From the IMG/VR virus record IMGVR_UViG_3300028883_000032, positions 124,001-188,000 of that record: a stretch of 64,000 nt of DNA, one strand, 5' to 3'. Positions 1 through 9,093 of the stretch are shown piece by piece (positions within the stretch are counted from its first letter, which is position 1; each line of letters opens with the position of its first letter). The notes under the pieces were generated by a model. That model ran no database searches. It had not been told where the DNA came from and worked only from the letters and a program-made list of their open reading frames with translations. A program made the position numbers and the translations under genes.

Positions 1-16
1 TACTTTGACATAACAT

Positions 17-664
17 TTGAGTTTTAAAATGTATACAATTCCAACAGCACAAGAAGTGGTATTAGCAATTAGAACACGTAAATTTGTCTCATACAATGAG
101 AGTGAACTACCCGATATTTGCTTAGACCTATTAGAGTCCCTTACAGAGGGTAAATTTTACATTATCAAAAATGCAGGAAGTTTCGATGTTCCCGAAATAG
201 AGGACTTGGGGTTTGAAGTTTTCGTGTATCCTGATGGTAACGCTCATATATCGTGTAGAAATCCTCTTCCCGCTAAGAACAGTAATGCTCTTATCACAGC
301 TACCCAACTCCATCTTTATGGTAAGATAATTGGAATACCAAGGGATGTATCAGCCAATCATTCCTATATTTCAGATGATACTAGAGAATATGGGATAAGC
401 GACGAATATTGGCTATATGCCCACGCTTTTTCATCATACATGAGTGAAATTAGAAGTGTGTCAATTCACGGAAGTAAGGAATCTGAGGACATTCTAGAGA
501 ACACAGATCCAGCAAAATTTATATTGGAAGGACAGCGAGGAGAAGAATTCACTGCGGCTGAAACACTAGAAGGGATATTGCCGGGATTGGGTTATACTTA
601 TGAATTTAACAGAAATCCCGCTTATATTACATTATGTATACGATACCATCAAAGACAGAGCTAG
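17..664 (+). CDS. hypothetical protein (215 aa; likely start ATG 29, MYTIPT)
   Basis: Long ORF in a co-oriented, tightly packed run; no catalytic motif recognised. Confidence 0.65.
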   Translation: MSFKMYTIPTAQEVVLAIRTRKFVSYNESELPDICLDLLESLTEGKFYIIKNAGSFDVPEIEDLGFEVFVYPDGNAHISCRNPLPAKNSNALITATQLHLYGKIIGIPRDVSANHSYISDDTREYGISDEYWLYAHAFSSYMSEIRSVSIHGSKESEDILENTDPAKFILEGQRGEEFTAAETLEGILPGLGYTYEFNRNPAYITLCIRYHQRQS

Positions 665-984
665 ATTTAATACACGACATGTGGGATAGAATTGTAGGAA
701 ATAAAGCGGAACATTCCCTTTATAAGCAAAGCATTCGACTTAGAAGCGAAAGAGCCCCAACTCAACAGGAATTAGACGCCGAATACCACCATTTATTAAA
801 TAATATTATTTCCAAGTATTTAAGCACGGATTATGCGGAGGTGTCCGTCGCCCAACATAAAAATCTTAATGCCACACCATTAGGGAGCAGCTTTAATAAG
901 GTAGTGCAGACACTCACTGAATCTGGATTTAAGGTAACCGTTATTGAAGAATCCGACAGAATGCGGATAAAGATTAGGAGATGA
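634..984 (+). CDS. hypothetical protein (116 aa), MYTIP N-terminus shared with the upstream ORF
   Basis: ORF track; C-terminal helix-GF-strand-strand pattern like its neighbours. Confidence 0.6.
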   Translation: MYTIPSKTELDLIHDMWDRIVGNKAEHSLYKQSIRLRSERAPTQQELDAEYHHLLNNIISKYLSTDYAEVSVAQHKNLNATPLGSSFNKVVQTLTESGFKVTVIEESDRMRIKIRR

Positions 985-985
985 C

Positions 986-1414
986 ATGGCAACAAAAAAG
1001 GCAAGTAGTGGTTTAATTCCTACAATGGAAGAGGCTGCCAAAAAGTACGAGATAAACCATCGTATAGTGTTGGAGCAATTTGAAATTTCTTACTTCAACA
1101 GAGTTTACCAAGTAGCCAATGAATTTGTAGAGGAAGTTGTTAAAAAAATAACAGAAGAAATAATGTCTGGAAAATCCACCAGTATTAAAATTACTGCGAG
1201 CGATTTGGGTGAAGCGATAAGGGAAGTCCCGGACGAATATAATAACATCGCCGGTGAGTTAAAAGCAGAAGCCCGAAGAAGAGTTGTTACACCATTTCTT
1301 GAAGCAGGATGGGTTGTAGAACTCGAAGACAGGGATTGGAATCCAGATTTTACTTTAGCCATACTAGAAAAAAGTGCAGAGATACATAAAAGTGGGGACG
1401 AAGGTAGTTCTTAG
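986..1414 (+). CDS. hypothetical protein (142 aa)
   Basis: ORF track; SD-like AGGAG upstream. Confidence 0.7.
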   Translation: MATKKASSGLIPTMEEAAKKYEINHRIVLEQFEISYFNRVYQVANEFVEEVVKKITEEIMSGKSTSIKITASDLGEAIREVPDEYNNIAGELKAEARRRVVTPFLEAGWVVELEDRDWNPDFTLAILEKSAEIHKSGDEGSS

Positions 1415-1643
1415 GTATAAACGGCCCAAGAGTTTACATAAGTTTGAGCCGGGAATTTACACAATAAAAGCTTTCTATACAGCTAGAGGGGATAGAAGGC
1501 GTTGTAAAAATGTCCGTTACCTAAAACTTCAACACCCCGCAACACAAGAAACATTTTGGGCTCCCCATTGGTGTATTTTCATGGGTAGAAATACAGGATT
1601 ATCCATACTCGATGACGCTTTAGCATTTAGGGGGCTGCCTTGA
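1374..1643 (+). CDS. hypothetical basic protein (89 aa)
   Basis: ORF track; converges on the - strand ORF. Confidence 0.5.
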   Translation: MQRYIKVGTKVVLRYKRPKSLHKFEPGIYTIKAFYTARGDRRRCKNVRYLKLQHPATQETFWAPHWCIFMGRNTGLSILDDALAFRGLP

Positions 1644-2172
1644 GACCAAATGGGGTTGAATTTATAACTCTAGACTCGTCGGCCGGACCAAGGTCGGCGA
1701 GTCCGGAGTTTTGTAATTCACTAAGTCTTTTTAACCCATAATTTGTTTCGTCGGAATACAAGGATGCAAAAGATTCCCCCACATTACCGCAGGATTCCAG
1801 TATCCTATAAAATTGTTTTTGTTTCTTATTTAATTTAATGTCTTTCCATAGTTTAAACCTCGCGTCCCATACTCCTTTTATATCTTTAAACTTGTTTCTC
1901 GTACATAGTATTATTTTCATGTACCTATTTTCCAAACCATGTTTAATAGCAAAAGTAATTTTTATACTACTACCATGCTTTGTAGTATAGAATGGGCCGC
2001 GTATTCCAAAGGAAAGCTTGAACAACAATTTTCCTGCCAGATAATTTACATTCTTACCAACATCATATGGAATGACTACGGTAAGTCCCGCTTCTCCGGA
2101 TTTATATCCGTCAAGACTTGCCAAGCCGCAAGTATAAACTTTCTTAACTTCTAAAACGTCTGTAATCTTCAT
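1627..2172 (-). CDS. hypothetical protein (181 aa)
   Basis: Only long ORF over this interval; ATG start. Confidence 0.65.
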   Translation of the reverse strand: MKITDVLEVKKVYTCGLASLDGYKSGEAGLTVVIPYDVGKNVNYLAGKLLFKLSFGIRGPFYTTKHGSSIKITFAIKHGLENRYMKIILCTRNKFKDIKGVWDARFKLWKDIKLNKKQKQFYRILESCGNVGESFASLYSDETNYGLKRLSELQNSGLADLGPADESRVINSTPFGLKAAP

Positions 2173-2193
2173 ACCTAAATATACACATTTTAA

Positions 2194-2202
2194 GGCATAA
2201 GA
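2194..2202 (+). promoter_or_regulatory. GGHATAAGA promoter-like motif (GGCATAAGA)
   Basis: Intergenic copy upstream of ORF 2234. Confidence 0.6.
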
Positions 2203-2233
2203 TCAAGACTAGCGTATTTACGAGGACATCAAA

Positions 2234-2767
2234 ATGCTACTTAGTGAATTTAATGATTTTTGTAAATTGGGATCAACAGTATACATGGACCCCAACAGCC
2301 GATATTGCCCTTCACAAGCTGCAGCACACGAACAAGGACGGGTCTTAAATATCAGAAGTAAGGATGAAATAACCGTTAAATGGCTTGGACATAGCGACAA
2401 TGGCACACACTATTATAGTCATAAGGATTTACTTATTAGTCCTGACGCCGAAGAACTTCTTGTACCATACTTATCTCATGATGAATTCAGGCGACTAAAA
2501 CCGAGAGACAGGGTAGCAATGCACCCTAATAGTAGATATGCCGGTACACAAGCAGCTGCTTTTGAGGAAGGTACAGTAATTAATCACGCCAAGGGTAGTG
2601 CAATTGCAAGCATTAAATGGGACAATGGACATAAAAACGCATACAGTCGGGACGACCTAACTTCTACTACTACCAATACAATATCCACTAACAAGCGTAT
2701 AGAAGAAATTTCTGGGAATTTTCAAAACGCTCTTCAATTTATGGGAGAAATACTATGCCGTATTTAA
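2234..2767 (+). CDS. hypothetical protein with an internal tandem duplication (SH3-like beta domains)
   Basis: MDPNSRYCPSQAAAHEQGRV and MHPNSRYAGTQAAAFEEGTV repeats, each followed by V/IKW. Confidence 0.7.
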   Translation: MLLSEFNDFCKLGSTVYMDPNSRYCPSQAAAHEQGRVLNIRSKDEITVKWLGHSDNGTHYYSHKDLLISPDAEELLVPYLSHDEFRRLKPRDRVAMHPNSRYAGTQAAAFEEGTVINHAKGSAIASIKWDNGHKNAYSRDDLTSTTTNTISTNKRIEEISGNFQNALQFMGEILCRI

Positions 2768-3165
2768 AGATAGAAACAATGGATTGTGTTACTCATTCTG
2801 GGTTTGACACTCCCTCTGTGTCTCTTACTGATAAAATGGCTGTTATTTCAACAGCGCACCATTTAAGTGTAACCAGAGATGTTAATCCACACATACCTCG
2901 CAGCATAATATTTCCTCTAACGAAGTTTGTGGATACACATGGGACGGAGGTCGGTCCCCCTGATTCGCCAACACATCGTGAAGGCAATAAAATCTTTATT
3001 GCCCATCAAGACGCATATACAAAAATTTGGTACATGATTTGTGAAAATGGGTCATTTTTCATCGATTCATATGTTCCAGAGAAATTACAAATGTTTACTC
3101 CTGATGAAACAACACAGATGTTTAAAATATGTGAGGAAATCATCGATGCTATTACAATTTCTTGA
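2755..3165 (+). CDS. hypothetical protein (136 aa)
   Basis: ORF track; GGAG upstream; overlaps the previous stop. Confidence 0.65.
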   Translation: MPYLKIETMDCVTHSGFDTPSVSLTDKMAVISTAHHLSVTRDVNPHIPRSIIFPLTKFVDTHGTEVGPPDSPTHREGNKIFIAHQDAYTKIWYMICENGSFFIDSYVPEKLQMFTPDETTQMFKICEEIIDAITIS

Positions 3166-3340
3166 TTGGCTTAAACCACATTTAAAAGATCTGTGGTGGA
3201 AACTATTAGTGGTTATAGCAACATGTCTTGCTATGTTCTTGAGTGTATTGCTTGGATATTGGTCAGTCGCAACCTTCGGATTCGGGGCTATAATAGTTTG
3301 GGTGCTTGTGGTGGTTTGGTTTATTATAATAGTGGACTAA
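3146..3340 (+). CDS. small membrane protein (two TM segments)
   Basis: Hydrophobic C-terminal part of ORF 3041..3340; ATG 3146 follows GAGG. Confidence 0.6.
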   Translation: MLLQFLDWLKPHLKDLWWKLLVVIATCLAMFLSVLLGYWSVATFGFGAIIVWVLVVVWFIIIVD

Positions 3341-3341
3341 C

Positions 3342-3518
3342 ATGAAAATAATAATTGATACCATAGAGAGTAAACTCGCAAATTGGTCAGCTTGTCTACT
3401 AATAACTGTTTTTATTACAACAGTTGCAATTAGCGCCGTATGTAGTGGGATTCTTCTCTGGATATATATAGTTACCGTGGCTTGTTTAACAGTAATCTTT
3501 ATAGTGATCCGCCAATGA
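3342..3518 (+). CDS. small membrane protein (58 aa), MKIIID repeat 1
   Basis: Hand-translated MKIIIDTIESKLANWSACLLITVF...; ATGA overlap with the next ORF. Confidence 0.55.
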   Translation: MKIIIDTIESKLANWSACLLITVFITTVAISAVCSGILLWIYIVTVACLTVIFIVIRQ

Positions 3519-3616
3519 AAATAATAATTGACACCATAGAGCGTGACTTCCAACTATACATATTCGCGGCTGCAATGGGGCTTTTTATAATGCTATTTAA
3601 TAACGATGGCTTATGA
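3515..3616 (+). CDS. small peptide (33 aa), MKIIID repeat 2
   Basis: Hand-translated MKIIIDTIERDFQLYIFAAAMGLFIMLFNNDGL; ATGA overlaps. Confidence 0.45.
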   Translation: MKIIIDTIERDFQLYIFAAAMGLFIMLFNNDGL

Positions 3617-3663
3617 AAATAATCATTGACAGCCAAGAATTCATAAACATACTTTAAAGGAGT

Positions 3664-4542
3664 GTGGAGATGCTTTACGAGCAAGGACCGATAACGGAAC
3701 CAGTTCCCATTAACTTTGGAGCTATGTGGGAAGAATTAAAGCGTAAACCAAAAGTATTAAACCCGAAAGAGTCTACAATTCTTTTGGTAATTGACGCTCA
3801 AAATGGGTTTTGTTTGCCCAAACCTTGGGGACAGTTATACGTTCCGGGAGCGGAAAAAGACTGTGATCGCATTGCCAAGCTTATCCACACCAATGTGGAA
3901 AAGTTTAGCCAAATTGTGGCATCGATGGACAGGCATCTTATTATGGCGGCTTATCACCCGTCATTATGGGAAGATAATCCCGGGTTAAAATTCATACCTA
4001 AAGATAAGATTTTAGAACAAGCACGTAGGGACATACACACTGACCTACCAAGATCGTTGCCAACTCTTTTGGGGACACAGATTGGCATAGAGGGTGGAGT
4101 CATGGTATGGCCGTTTCATTGTTTGGGTATGGATACAAGTTCAGCACTACACCCCGCAGTTTTAGAGGCTATCACTTATTTTGCAATGGCCAAACGTGAA
4201 GAACCAATGTGGATAGAAAAAGGTACAGGTGCCTTTGCTCACCCATATTCCCCATTTCATCCAATTGTTGCTATGAGTAACATTGTTTACGGCCGTATCC
4301 AAGACACAGTTCTAAAAGCAAAGAGAATTGTGGTTGTAGGGGAAGCATCTACCCACTGTGTTCACGATACAATAGCTGACCTAGTTCCGCAACTGGAAGA
4401 AAGCACAGAGCTCATTGTATTAGAAGACTGCATGAGTCCCATACCCGGTTTCGAACAACAATGGGAGGATTTGAAAAATGAAATTTCCGGAAAAACAAGA
4501 GCCAAGGTCATCTTCACCACATCGTCCGTATTGGTTCTTTAA
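3664..4542 (+). CDS. pncA: nicotinamidase (isochorismatase/cysteine hydrolase fold)
   Basis: LLVIDAQNGF, GQLYVPGAE, WPFHC, IEKG and GEASTHCV give the D-K-C catalytic triad. Confidence 0.85.
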   Translation: MEMLYEQGPITEPVPINFGAMWEELKRKPKVLNPKESTILLVIDAQNGFCLPKPWGQLYVPGAEKDCDRIAKLIHTNVEKFSQIVASMDRHLIMAAYHPSLWEDNPGLKFIPKDKILEQARRDIHTDLPRSLPTLLGTQIGIEGGVMVWPFHCLGMDTSSALHPAVLEAITYFAMAKREEPMWIEKGTGAFAHPYSPFHPIVAMSNIVYGRIQDTVLKAKRIVVVGEASTHCVHDTIADLVPQLEESTELIVLEDCMSPIPGFEQQWEDLKNEISGKTRAKVIFTTSSVLVL

Positions 4543-4987
4543 ACCAATATATTCCATCATTCTTGTACTACTAGTAATTTTTTCACTAGTAGTATTTATG
4601 GTAGGAACGCGTTCCCTCAAAGACAAAACAATCGATGGAGTAGTTGTAATACCACACCATCAACCGGAAGGTCAGTATCATTATTCGGTAAGGTATGACA
4701 CACTAATAGCTTTTACTGCCCACGATGACAGTGTAAAAATTGTTTTTGCTACAACATGGCCAGCTGACCTTGATTCCATTTCCCTTAACTCACTCCACCG
4801 ACAGGCAATTATGTCTCTACTGGCGGAGTGTACCCAACACACTAAATATTGGTTTAAAAGCGGAAAAATTTATAAATGTAGTCGGATAGAGCAAGCAACC
4901 AATAGAAGGTTAAAGAAGTTTTGCAAGACACAACACTCTCCTCCTATAATTATTACAGTATTGCGGGCCTATTCTTTAAGCCCATAA
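4478..4987 (+). CDS. hypothetical protein with N-terminal TM segment
   Basis: ORF track; hydrophobic IILVLLVIFSLVVFMV. Confidence 0.55.
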   Translation: MKFPEKQEPRSSSPHRPYWFFKPIYSIILVLLVIFSLVVFMVGTRSLKDKTIDGVVVIPHHQPEGQYHYSVRYDTLIAFTAHDDSVKIVFATTWPADLDSISLNSLHRQAIMSLLAECTQHTKYWFKSGKIYKCSRIEQATNRRLKKFCKTQHSPPIIITVLRAYSLSP

Positions 4988-5002
4988 TCGTGGGCTTTTT
5001 TT
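4978..5002 (+). terminator. intrinsic terminator
   Basis: AAGCCC-ATAATCGT-GGGCTT followed by a T run. Confidence 0.65.
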
Positions 5003-5013
5003 ACCTTAAATAC

Positions 5014-5022
5014 GGAATAAGA
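5014..5022 (+). promoter_or_regulatory. GGHATAAGA promoter-like motif (GGAATAAGA)
   Basis: Directly after a terminator, upstream of the pgpA-like gene. Confidence 0.6.
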
Positions 5023-5055
5023 AATTATGGTACAAAAAACCGGGAGGTGGGTGTG

Positions 5056-5547
5056 GTGACCGAAATAAAGCCGTGGAAAGTGTGGCTTGTACGTGTAGTA
5101 GGCACTGGTTTTGGTATTGGGTATTTAAGGGGCGCAGGGACAATAGGGAGTGCTGTTGTTTCAGTGGTTTGGTGCCTATTATACCCATTACTTACGGTGT
5201 ATACTCAAATCACCGTATTAGCCTGGTTGGTACTACTAACTGTATTCACGGGGGACACAGCCGAGGAATTATGGGGAGCATGGAATACAAGCCGGGTCAA
5301 CCTTGGTAAATGGACGGGCATGTGGATTGTATTGATGTGCATACCTTATAACATATTCATCTACCTGTTTGCCTTTGCGGTTTTTCGTTGTTTCGACATG
5401 CTAAGAACCCTTCCCCCAACCAAATGGATGAACACCCACCTATCAGCCGGTTTGGGAATACTCTTAACTGATATACTAGCGGCAATATATACTATTATTA
5501 GCGTCAGGGTAAGCATAGCCATTGGCTTTCTTATAATGGGTGGCTAG
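5056..5547 (+). CDS. phosphatidylglycerophosphatase A (PgpA)-like membrane protein, catalytic acidic residues degenerate
   Basis: GTGFGIGY..GAGTIGS, FAVFRCFDMLRTLPP, GLGILLTDILAAIY; GTG start 5056 after GGAGG (ORF track starts at 4921). Confidence 0.7.
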   Translation: MTEIKPWKVWLVRVVGTGFGIGYLRGAGTIGSAVVSVVWCLLYPLLTVYTQITVLAWLVLLTVFTGDTAEELWGAWNTSRVNLGKWTGMWIVLMCIPYNIFIYLFAFAVFRCFDMLRTLPPTKWMNTHLSAGLGILLTDILAAIYTIISVRVSIAIGFLIMGG

Positions 5548-5568
5548 TAACCATACTCGGGAGACGTT

Positions 5569-5706
5569 ATGGATAATAATGTTGACGTTGAGAAAGAAGC
5601 AATCCTTTCTCAATTTCAGAATGGTGGGTTAGACCCACTCACGTTTGAAGCGCAGATGGCTCGCCTCGAAGCCAAGCATCGACCATTAGACGAAGATGGT
5701 GAGTAG
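5569..5706 (+). CDS. small acidic protein (45 aa)
   Basis: Hand-translated MDNNVDVEKEAILSQFQNGG...; GGAG upstream; ends before a terminator. Confidence 0.5.
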   Translation: MDNNVDVEKEAILSQFQNGGLDPLTFEAQMARLEAKHRPLDEDGE

Positions 5707-5711
5707 CAAAT

Positions 5712-5740
5712 ATCGCCCTTAATCGGGGCGGTATTTTTTT
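5712..5740 (+). terminator. intrinsic terminator, followed by the motif variant GGAATATGA (5741-5749)
   Basis: ATCGCCCT-TAATC-GGGGCGGT plus T7. Confidence 0.7.
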
Positions 5741-5779
5741 GGAATATGAATATAATAAACAAACTTTAAGGGAATAAAA

Positions 5780-6088
5780 ATGCAAGAAGGCTCACAGTTA
5801 CGTAATAGTGACATGGATACTCCCGACTGTGATATCTCAGAAGATTGGAATCCAACGCCCGTCATTAGTTCTTTTCAGTTTACTTTTACTCAAGACGGCA
5901 ATACACTAGGAACTACTAAAGAATTTGAAACTATCACAATAAAAACTGAGTATCAGATCCCCGGTGAATATCCGTTTTTTGTAATTGAAACAGAGGGATG
6001 GAGTGTAGATTCGGTAAAAGACTTGGAGACCCTGTTTAAAAATTTCCTGCATGTGGTAAAACATGCGATGGGGGAAGATAAAATCTAA
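5780..6088 (+). CDS. hypothetical protein (102 aa)
   Basis: ORF track. Confidence 0.65.
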   Translation: MQEGSQLRNSDMDTPDCDISEDWNPTPVISSFQFTFTQDGNTLGTTKEFETITIKTEYQIPGEYPFFVIETEGWSVDSVKDLETLFKNFLHVVKHAMGEDKI

Positions 6089-6094
6089 AGAGAC

Positions 6095-6565
6095 TTGGAG
6101 GAAATCATGGTAATAATTCTCATATTAATCATCTTAATTTTAGTGGTCTTACTAATTATATCATTAATAGCACATTCAAATACCAAGGAACAGGCAGAGA
6201 TAAACGAACTGAAAAAAGAACAGATAATACAAAACTTGCATGACTTAACAGATAGATATACCAACCTTAAAGTTCCCGACAATCAGGCTTCTCTACTCGG
6301 AAAAAAAATCTTGGTTACGGCCACAGTAATTGGTGAATATGGTGATCCAACAGCAAGGGAGCTCGTCGTTAAAATCAACGGACCTAAAGGGTATAAAGAG
6401 ATAAAACTTAATCAATATGTATTAAGGTATAGGCCAACCATGTATTGTTGTGGTAGTCGGTATCCGGATAAAAGCAACCCAATGGTGTTTGAATATATAG
6501 CATCTGAAAAAATAAGGCCCATCAAAAGCAGTGGGAGCTTTCAACAGGCCCTGGAGGAGGGTTAA
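6095..6565 (+). CDS. membrane-anchored hypothetical protein
   Basis: N-terminal hydrophobic helix; GGAGG upstream of ATG 6107. Confidence 0.65.
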   Translation: MEEIMVIILILIILILVVLLIISLIAHSNTKEQAEINELKKEQIIQNLHDLTDRYTNLKVPDNQASLLGKKILVTATVIGEYGDPTARELVVKINGPKGYKEIKLNQYVLRYRPTMYCCGSRYPDKSNPMVFEYIASEKIRPIKSSGSFQQALEEG

Positions 6566-6641
6566 TTAAGTATACATCAAATACTTGAAAAAATCAAGTA
6601 GGTTGTGTATATTTGTTTATCAACAAGAGGCGCGGTATATA

Positions 6642-6902
6642 ATGCCAACTTATACTTATAAATGTGAAGTTTGTGGGATTGAATCTGACCATTTTCATTC
6701 CATGAATTCAGAACCAGTAAATGTTTGTCCTGTCTGTAAGTCTGAAGGTAAGATGGAGAAATTAATAGGGCATAGCGTTTCTTTCATCTTTAAAGGGCAC
6801 GGTACCCACGACTCGGACAAAAGAATACGAATGCTTCAAGAGGAGGCTGCAAAAGGAAATGATGATCCTGAAAAGGGGTACAATATGACATTTGGAGCTT
6901 AA
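6642..6902 (+). CDS. FmdB-family zinc-ribbon protein
   Basis: MPTYTYKCEVCG...VCPVCKS...KLI...FIFKG.G is the FmdB pattern. Confidence 0.8.
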   Translation: MPTYTYKCEVCGIESDHFHSMNSEPVNVCPVCKSEGKMEKLIGHSVSFIFKGHGTHDSDKRIRMLQEEAAKGNDDPEKGYNMTFGA

Positions 6903-6903
6903 T

Positions 6904-7125
6904 ATGCCGTATGTAAATCCAAAATATCCTGAAACCTTCGTCAAACCAAGCAGAGTGCGGAGGTGGAAGCACAGTAGTAAGTTCAGGTTTTGTGAATCTG
7001 AGCCTTACAGACGAAGGGGAGATTTTGATGGAAGAAGTGTCAAATCCTCAGTTACAAGGCAAAAGTGGCCTATGTTATCAAAACCAAAAAGAAACCTGAT
7101 ACCAGAAATAGACAAATGGAATTAA
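6904..7125 (+). CDS. hypothetical basic protein
   Basis: ORF track (6892..7125); GGAG upstream of ATG 6904. Confidence 0.45.
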   Translation: MPYVNPKYPETFVKPSRVRRWKHSSKFRFCESEPYRRRGDFDGRSVKSSVTRQKWPMLSKPKRNLIPEIDKWN

Positions 7126-7406
7126 ACGAAAATCTAAATTTTCCCCTGTTTGAAAATGAGAAAGCTATGTTGGCTAATGGGAGAATAGGGGAAGAACAAA
7201 GACAGTATAATCATATTATGAAATCATGCATACAGGGGTATGATAGAGATATAAGACTAAAAAGCCAGACTATGACGTATGTCCCTATTCCTGATGATTA
7301 TTTTGAAGATGTAGTTTTGAAAGTAAGAGACCATATACGCAAGCAAGGGTGGCACTGTGAGTTGGAATCTGAGCTAGGGGCTGGTCTTATTATTCAAATA
7401 CCATAA
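7065..7406 (+). CDS. hypothetical protein
   Basis: ORF track; C-terminal helix-GW-strand-strand pattern. Confidence 0.6.
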   Translation: MAYVIKTKKKPDTRNRQMELNENLNFPLFENEKAMLANGRIGEEQRQYNHIMKSCIQGYDRDIRLKSQTMTYVPIPDDYFEDVVLKVRDHIRKQGWHCELESELGAGLIIQIP

Positions 7407-7443
7407 CAAAAATACACACTTAAGTAGCTACCATTGGTTATAT

Positions 7444-7515
7444 TGGGGTGTAGCCAAGTGGTACGGCATCGGACTTTGAATCCGATATTCGTGGGTTCGA
7501 ATCCCACCACCCCAT
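7444..7515 (+). tRNA. tRNA-Gln(TTG), CCA not encoded
   Basis: Acceptor TGGGGTG/CACCCCA, anticodon arm TCGGA-CTTTGAA-TCCGA, T arm GTGGG-TTCGAAT-CCCAC. Confidence 0.93.
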
Positions 7516-7535
7516 CACGCACTTTTGAGGAGAAA

Positions 7536-7928
7536 ATGGCAAAACAAAGTTTTATTATGCAGGCTTTTTGCAGCGACGAAATTGATGTATGGGATATGGA
7601 AAAAAGTGTTCTAGCCCAATGTTGTGAGGAAACCTGCGATAGTTGGGATACTATTCCTTCTGTTATGCAAACCCTTCTTATGGAAGGTAGTGAAGTAATG
7701 GAGCTTGGAAAGAGAAAGCTAGTAAGATTCTCGACTGACCCGCTTACACTCGTTTTACATAGACTACGCAACAACATTTGGATGTTTGAGCTACTTGATG
7801 CCGAAGATTACTCTACTGGAGAGACATACTTCTTCAAGGTGGAACAGTTGGAAGTAGCAAATGAAGTAGCATATAAATTACTGGTAGAGTACGAAGTTTT
7901 GGACGAGCTAAAAACTGAAGAAGACTGA
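7536..7928 (+). CDS. hypothetical acidic protein (MAKQSF...)
   Basis: ATG 7536 after GAGGAG; the longer 7434 start would run through the tRNA. Confidence 0.7.
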   Translation: MAKQSFIMQAFCSDEIDVWDMEKSVLAQCCEETCDSWDTIPSVMQTLLMEGSEVMELGKRKLVRFSTDPLTLVLHRLRNNIWMFELLDAEDYSTGETYFFKVEQLEVANEVAYKLLVEYEVLDELKTEED

Positions 7929-7983
7929 TTTTTATGGCAAAAGAAGATGACTTGAAATAATCTACTTAAAACGGAGTTTATTT

Positions 7984-8271
7984 ATGGCAGAGAAAAAAAC
8001 AAGGCATCAAGCTAAGAATGCGAGAAGATTGGCATACAAGTCTTCAGGTCAGGATGAAAAGAATAAAGAAAGACGAATTGTAAATTCAGTGTATTCTTTA
8101 GCTTTGGCTTTTGCTAAGAAAAATTGTTACGCTAATCATAAAGACTCCGAAGCTCGCAAAAAGCTAAAAAATAAAATACGTGCTTTGGTTTCTAAAACAC
8201 GTATCAGTCATCCCGAGCAATCGGTGTGGGTAAAAGATAACAGAGACTCAATATGTGAGCCTCTAAGATAG
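7984..8271 (+). CDS. hypothetical basic protein (95 aa)
   Basis: ORF track; GGAG upstream. Confidence 0.65.
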   Translation: MAEKKTRHQAKNARRLAYKSSGQDEKNKERRIVNSVYSLALAFAKKNCYANHKDSEARKKLKNKIRALVSKTRISHPEQSVWVKDNRDSICEPLR

Positions 8272-8279
8272 GAGGGGAT

Positions 8280-8498
8280 ATGCTAATGTCAGGATTGATT
8301 GATCCGGACGAAACCGTCCCATGTAAAAATCCAAAAAGAGGCAAGCCTCCCGTGTTTTACTCACTCGAAAAATTACAAGAATTATCTGAACATGGGCGCA
8401 CTATCATATATCACCCATCAAATCCGTGCGAACCAATCCCGCAAGACGAAAGGGATCATTATTTTCCCAATTGTCTTCCATCAGACTTGATGGGTTAG
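8280..8498 (+). CDS. hypothetical protein (72 aa)
   Basis: AGGAGG SD before ATG 8280. Confidence 0.6.
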   Translation: MLMSGLIDPDETVPCKNPKRGKPPVFYSLEKLQELSEHGRTIIYHPSNPCEPIPQDERDHYFPNCLPSDLMG

Positions 8499-8522
8499 AA
8501 CAAATCGAGAGACGACATGTCA

Positions 8523-8564
8523 CCCTCTGAAGAGAATGTAGTGCGCATAGATTCTCTTCAGGGG
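8523..8564. other. strong intergenic hairpin (possible RNA processing or regulatory site)
   Basis: CCCTCTGAAGAGAAT / ATTCTCTTCAGGGG stem, 13-nt loop. Confidence 0.6.
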
Positions 8565-8587
8565 ACTCTCATTTTCGGAGCACAATT

Positions 8588-8941
8588 ATGGCAACCAATT
8601 TAGGGCAACTACTAAGAATTAATGAAGTCGATGATCTGACGGACTGGATCAATGGTACAAACGAGTTGGAATTAAATGATGTAGAGTGGCCAGCCCCGCT
8701 AATGGTTTTAATTTTAGATGGCGCGACCGTTTTAGACTCAATACCTGTGGAAGAGCTGCCAGAGGGGTTTAAACAATCTGGAAGAATAGTAATTTACAGG
8801 TTGCGTGATGGGTCTGTACTCGAAATGAGTGAGGGTAACTCTGAATTTAGCCCAGAAGTATATTATTATTCTGCGGCTGAATGGCGGGCCATCGAGGAGC
8901 ATGCCGCCGAATTATTAAATGCGGCTTCCGAGGCCTCATAG
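8588..8941 (+). CDS. hypothetical acidic protein (117 aa)
   Basis: ORF track; GGAG upstream. Confidence 0.7.
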   Translation: MATNLGQLLRINEVDDLTDWINGTNELELNDVEWPAPLMVLILDGATVLDSIPVEELPEGFKQSGRIVIYRLRDGSVLEMSEGNSEFSPEVYYYSAAEWRAIEEHAAELLNAASEAS

Positions 8942-8949
8942 GAGGCAAA

Positions 8950-9093
8950 ATGTACTACGAACTTACGGATATGTTAATGTCGGTGTTTTTACACTACCCC
9001 GCATTAATATTGCAATACATGTATGAAGTATATAAAATGAATAGAATTAACATTGAAAGGCTTAAGCGACAATGGTTAGTGAAGGAGCAGTAG
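8950..9093 (+). CDS. small hypothetical protein (47 aa)
   Basis: AGGAGG SD before ATG 8950. Confidence 0.5.
   Translation: MYYELTDMLMSVFLHYPALILQYMYEVYKMNRINIERLKRQWLVKEQ

Larger units (their letters stand above)
3342..3640 (+). repeat. three dispersed direct repeats ATGAAAATAATMATTGAYA at 3342, 3515 and 3613
   Basis: Copies 1 and 2 share 26 of 27 nt; copy 3 is more diverged. Confidence 0.85.
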
